From assembly GCF_963921235.1 (NCBI RefSeq), contig NC_086107.1:95232001-95296000 (forward strand): a stretch of DNA of 64,000 nucleotides, in the 5' to 3' direction. Positions 59,701 through 64,000 of this stretch are shown here, in pieces. Origin of the DNA: Mobula hypostoma. Lineage: Eukaryota. The notes beneath the pieces are model-generated. The model was not told where the DNA came from. It saw only the letters and a list, made by a program, of their open reading frames with translations, and did not search any database. The translations under genes and the position numbers were made by a program. Every line of letters begins with the position of its first letter. Within the stretch, counting starts at the first letter, position 1.

Positions 59701-62700
59701 TTAGCCTGGGCAGAACCCTCCGCTGCCCATCTCCAGGACCCACAGATAACTATCCTAGCCAGCCCCAGAAGCAAGTTAACTAGGACATCCTCCTCCCTCC
59801 TGGATGACTAAAGGTGAAGAGGGTGGGGCTAAAGTGCAGCCAGAAGGCGAGAAATAGCCCCCCCCAGATGTGCAGATAGAGGCTGCAGCCTGATGGCATG
59901 AGTGTCAATTTTTCAAACTTCTGGCAATGCTCCCCTTTTCCCCCATTCCCTCTCTCACCTTGTCTCCTTGCCCACCCATCACCTCCCTCTGGTGCTCCTC
60001 CTCCCTTTTCATGGCCTCTGTCCTCTCTATCAGACTCTCCCCTTCTCCAGCCCTGTATCTCTTTCACCAATCAACTTCCCAGCTCTTCATCCCTCCCCCT
60101 CCAGGTTTCACCTATCACCTTGTGCTTCTCTCTCCTCTCCTTTCCCCCACCTTTTAAATCATCTACTCAGCATTTTTTCTCCAGTCCTGCTGAAGGGTCT
60201 CGGTTCAAAACGTTGGCTGTACTCTTCTCTATTGATGCTGCCTGGCCTGCTGAGTTCCTCCAGCATTTTGTGTGTGTTGCTCCTGACTCCTCCCCCTGCT
60301 TTCAGACTCCCTGACATTTTTCCAACAAGTAGAAGGGTGAGTCATGGTGCAAATCCTGCAGCATTTGGATCTGTGACCTCACAGAAGTACCTTGGAAGTG
60401 CCGGAGCTGCAGATCGTTCAGTGCATCCTTCTCCTGGTATTCCTGCCATAGCTGAGGGTGCCGGATGGTGGGCTCAAGACGAGACTCTTAAGTCGAGCAA
60501 CTCTCTCTCGTGCTGTTTGATCTCAGAGTCCCGCCTCTTGTCAAACCCCTAGTGTACTCCTGACATAGAAACTGGACATGCATCTCACCAAAACCATAGG
60601 GAGCAGAAATCCTCCTGTCTCTCCCAGAACATCTGGTTGTTAAAATGCCAGTACCTGAACCCCATGTGCAAAAGCAGAGGAGTGAACTCTATCCCTATGA
60701 GGTGGTGTCCAGGCATGGTACTGTCCGCATGGAGGCGCCTGAGAAATATAGAGCTGGTCAATGCAGGAAGCTCCCCCACGCCGGATCTTCTCAAGACGGC
60801 GCGAGTGTTGGGATGAAGGTTCCACCAGGTGTACCAAATCAAAGGAGCCCACTAGCTGGAGACCAGAGTGGCCCTCTCCTCGAGGATACGGTTGAGATCT
60901 CTCCCGAGGGTGACGCAGTCCCCAGGGTCGATGGAGCTCAGCAGGGTGGGACACCTGCTGGAACAGGTGCGTCTGCAAAACACCTCGCGCCTGAGGCATA
61001 CAGGTTGACAAAGAGCAGTGGTACGCCATCCAGGCACACATCAAGATGGAGCAGGCATATGGGAACAATATCCTGGAGTTTATTGATCTCTGGCTGAGAA
61101 GTCAGGGCCAACAAGGTTGCCACCCACCAGAGATGGAGCTGAGGTTGCTCATGTAGACCCCTCCCTGCCAGTCCAGGAGCCGAGTGGACTCGTCTCCTGG
61201 AATGGTATGAGTTTCGTGCAGGAAAATCATCAATGAACTCCCATCCCTGAGAGATTGTTAAATCTGCGGAGAGAACCCCTGCTGCTGTTCAGGTTGAGAC
61301 CAGCTATTGGGAGCTTCATAACCCTCAGCACTGGTACCCTTCCAGTGAAAGCAGAGCTGCTGTTCCCCAAAGAACCCCAAAAGGAGTGAGAATGCTCCTT
61401 CACTCCTGTGTCGAGTGGTGGCAGAGCCACCTTCTGTCCCACCATTCCCCCGAAGGAGGGAGGCTGCTTTTCACCCTGCCGCCCCTCACCTTCCTGGCAA
61501 GTTGTCAGTGGCCATAGCGAGAAGCTACATAGTTAGCAGCTGCCAACAAATGCAGTCCAAACCTGGTGGAAAAACTCCCAACAGAAGCCCAGAAGCCTAC
61601 ACACAAAAACAGCCACTTACTGAAATGTTCAGGGGACCCTCCACACCTCCAACAATGTATCTGGAAAACTTCACCCAGCAATTTTTCTCAATTTCTTCCA
61701 GCTGAATCAGAATAGCTCCACCCTGGGAGTATGGAGGGAGCCTCACTCTGTCTGACCTCAGGACTATGTGTTGGGACGGTGTGAGGGATCTCTCATTGAC
61801 CTGCTTGTGCCCCCCACAGCTCATGAAGGCCCTGTGTACAGCCTGGTCTCCACCAGTCGCCATCTGCTAAGCTCTGGAACAGGAGATGTCAAGGCCTGGA
61901 ACTGGAATGACCTCATCAAAAAGGTGAGTGGGGATGGGAGTGGTGTCACAGCCTAGTCCACTGATTAGGTATCCCATACTGAAGCTGGGGAGCAGGGGAC
62001 GATGTGTCTGACACCCAGAGAGGCAAGGATGGTGTGCCTGTTGCCCAGGAGAGGGGGAGAAGGCAGTGTGTCTGGCACTTGGTCCCAGAGGGAGAGGACA
62101 GTGTGTCTGACACCTTACCTCGGGGAGTGAGGGGAGAGGGCAGAGTATTCGACACCTGATCTCACAATGTGTCTAATGCAATAAGTTAATGATTTATTTC
62201 AGAGTTGCAAGGAGGTTTGGTGTCGACGACCTGCATTTGGGTAAGTCTTCACCTTCTGATTACCAATTCCATCCCATTCACTCCCAGTGGGACCCTACCC
62301 TTTTCCCATCATCTGCACACCCAATAAGACCCCACCTTTTCCCAATCAGAATCAGGTTTAATATCACCGGCCTATGTTGTGAAGTTTGTTGTTTTACGAC
62401 AGCAGTACATTGCAATATATAATAGGAAAAATGACTATAAATGACATTAAGAAATAAATATTTATTTTCTCATTTCTTGTATACAGTGGATTCTGGTTAA
62501 TTGGGCCATCAGTTAATTCGGGCAGCCACTTATTTGGAACCATTCTTTTTTTAAAAAATCCTCATTGAGAAAATTTTTGGGTGTCCATATATTTGGGACA
62601 CTATGCTGCTTAATTGGGGCAGGAGACAGTTGCAGAAGAGGTTCTAACTAGCTTGAGTCGCGCGCACAGAAATGAGCAGCAAGACGATTCTGAACCATTT

Positions 62701-63672
62701 GGCTCCCTGCAGTTTCAAGCATTCAGGCGTGGAGATGCCAGAAACAGCTGGGAGTGAAAATGAAACCATTTTTACTACTTCAACAAGTTAGGAATGACAA
62801 GGAATTTGAAGGTATCAACAATCATGTTGAATGTTGCAATGAAAATGAAGATTTGGAGGATCCAGTCATCGATAGCATTGTATGAAGGCAGTCCATTATC
62901 TGCACTAGGTGTCTGCGCTGGTTTTGTTTATTGCATAGAAGGGATTAATTCGTCCATCAGTAACTATATGAACTAATATACAGTTTTATAGTACAACTAT
63001 TTCAGTGTTCTAATTTGTTCTGTACTTCATTTAAATGCATAATTTGTGACTCAGTTTGTCTTTTTTTATATACCTTTTTAACTATCTCCATGAAACTTTG
63101 ACTAATTTGAGCAGCCACTTAAAATGTACTGGTCCCGATGTGTCCCAATTAACCGGAATCCACTGTGTACACATACTGTGTGTGTGTGTGTGTGTATATA
63201 TATGTATGTATGTAAAACAACTCGTATATAAATTGGTGCACTCTCAATGGGACTCCATGCCATCTCGTTCATGCCCAATATCTACATCCCCAATTGGACC
63301 TCACCCCATTTTGTTCACTCCCCATCATTCGTGCTCCCCTTTTTGAGACTAATATCCTGCAGGAGGCCACTGCAGATTTGTCCTTTATCCTCAATTGCAG
63401 GAGGTTCCCGGGATTTTGCGTTGGACAGGCATTTCCTTTCTGTGCAGTGCCATGGTCCAGGTGGACCTCTGAGGGCAAATCTACACCTCTCCCTTCTCCT
63501 TCAGCCCTTAGTGCTCCATTACCCATGCCTGGCCTTAAAGAGACACATGTACTGTGGAAACTGTCCAAGACTGGTTGTGGCTGTTTTACAACCCCATCGA
63601 CTTACAGTTCTGTTCCTCCACAGGACGCGTTTGGACATCCCAGAGATAAACAGCTTGATTCTCAACCAAGAG
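56714..63672 (+). CDS. THOC6: THO complex subunit 6 (WD40), 5' part, exons 1-6; continues beyond the window
   Basis: [93 protein letters not shown]...EINSL matches the THOC6 N-terminus; phases consistent. Confidence 0.95.
57505..57715 (+). mobile_element. Penelope-like element terminal fragment
   Basis: cctgacgaagggtctcggcccgaaacgtc...gatgcctggcctgctgcgttcaccagc end motif. Confidence 0.7.
57617..57654 (+). ncRNA. Minimal type I hammerhead ribozyme motif (Penelope-derived)
   Basis: UAGUC-CUGACGA-A-GGGU(CUCG)GCCC-GAAA-C-GUC|AACUG: core intact, helix II present, palindromic ACGU helix III, one mismatch in helix I. Confidence 0.6.
58724..58839 (+). CDS. THOC6: THOC6 exon 2
   Basis: ttgcag|...[21 protein letters not shown]|gtagat; 116 nt. 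Confidence 0.95.
59353..59417 (+). CDS. THOC6: THOC6 exon 3
   Basis: [21 protein letters not shown]; 65 nt. Confidence 0.93.
59446..61748 (-). mobile_element. Tx1/L1-clade LINE, internally deleted, antisense in THOC6 intron 3
   Basis: APE endonuclease remnants ([23 protein letters not shown]); AATAAA plus poly-A tail at ~59446-59470; TSD-like TGTCTGGCC/TGTCTGACC. Confidence 0.78.
59880..60290 (+). mobile_element. Penelope-like element fragment nested in the Tx1 element
   Basis: Same terminal motif with a degenerate hammerhead core (ctgctga...aaaacgtt). Confidence 0.7.
61820..61923 (+). CDS. THOC6: THOC6 exon 4
   Basis: [35 protein letters not shown]|gtgagt; 104 nt. Confidence 0.95.
62203..62240 (+). 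CDS. THOC6: THOC6 exon 5
   Basis: [12 protein letters not shown]; tttcag|...|gtaagt; 38 nt. Confidence 0.9.
62484..63165. mobile_element. Tigger/pogo-like non-autonomous element, same family as 26814-28065
   Basis: TA|cagtggattctggttaattggg ... cccaattaaccggaatccactg. Confidence 0.82.
63624..63672 (+). CDS. THOC6: THOC6 exon 6
   Basis: [16 protein letters not shown]|gtaagg; 49 nt. Confidence 0.92.
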
Positions 63673-63689
63673 GTAAGGCTGGTAGAACA

Positions 63690-64000
63690 TGACACAGGGT
63701 GAAGCTCCCTCTGTGCAGTTTCATCACACACTCACGGGGTTCGTGCGCAGAGTGAAATGCTCTTTGCACCGTCCTGTCACACACACCTGTGGTCAGATGC
63801 AGCGTGTGGCTCCCTTTGCACCGTCCTATCACGTACTCCTGGGGCCAGACACTGTGAGGTTTCCTCTGCACCATCCACCATGTACTCCCGGGATCAAATA
63901 CAGGGTGAAGCTCCCTCTGCACTGTCCCATCACACATTCCCAGGGTCAGACACAGGGTGAATCTCCCTCCACATTGCCCCATCACACATTCCCAGGGTCA
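63690..64000. repeat. ~50-bp minisatellite, same family, runs off the window end
   Basis: cagggtgaagctccctctgcactgtcccatcacacattcccagggtcaga. Confidence 0.85.

Noticed and set aside
60182-60219. Second Penelope hammerhead copy as an active ribozyme
   Set aside because: Core mutated (CUGCUGA; AAAA in place of GAAA) and helix II disrupted

Overview
Vertebrate genomic DNA, most likely a cartilaginous fish (probably a ray). This is inferred from the CR1/L2/V-SINE/Penelope repeat landscape and the ~50-bp 'gaagctccctctgcactgtcccatcacac' minisatellite. Three spliced genes can be reconstructed exon by exon with consistent GT-AG phases. (1) A complete SRRM2 (minus strand; 14 coding exons, 2398-21774, ~1369 aa) has a probable non-coding exon 1 and a CpG/ZNF143-rich promoter near 34.1-34.7 kb; its giant exon is built from 7-aa SPxPRRx repeats. 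(2) A complete MMGT1/EMC5-like gene (minus strand; 4 coding exons, 43742-55288, 129 aa). (3) The first six coding exons of THOC6 (plus strand, from 56714), head-to-head with MMGT1. Introns and intergenic DNA hold many transposons: a Tc1 DD34E element, hAT MITEs, Tigger/pogo elements, a young CR1, a Tx1/L1, a solo LTR, a decayed BEL/Pao element, a deleted endogenous retrovirus with a tRNA-Pro PBS, and Penelope-type tails, one with a hammerhead ribozyme motif. Most short ORFs in the track are repeat or antisense artefacts. I see no clear wholly new biological system. The best leads are the ERV, the MMGT1-THOC6 arrangement, the SRRM2 heptad domain, the intronic hammerhead and the duplicated splice-acceptor repeats. 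Comparisons with human genes are from memory, not from alignments.
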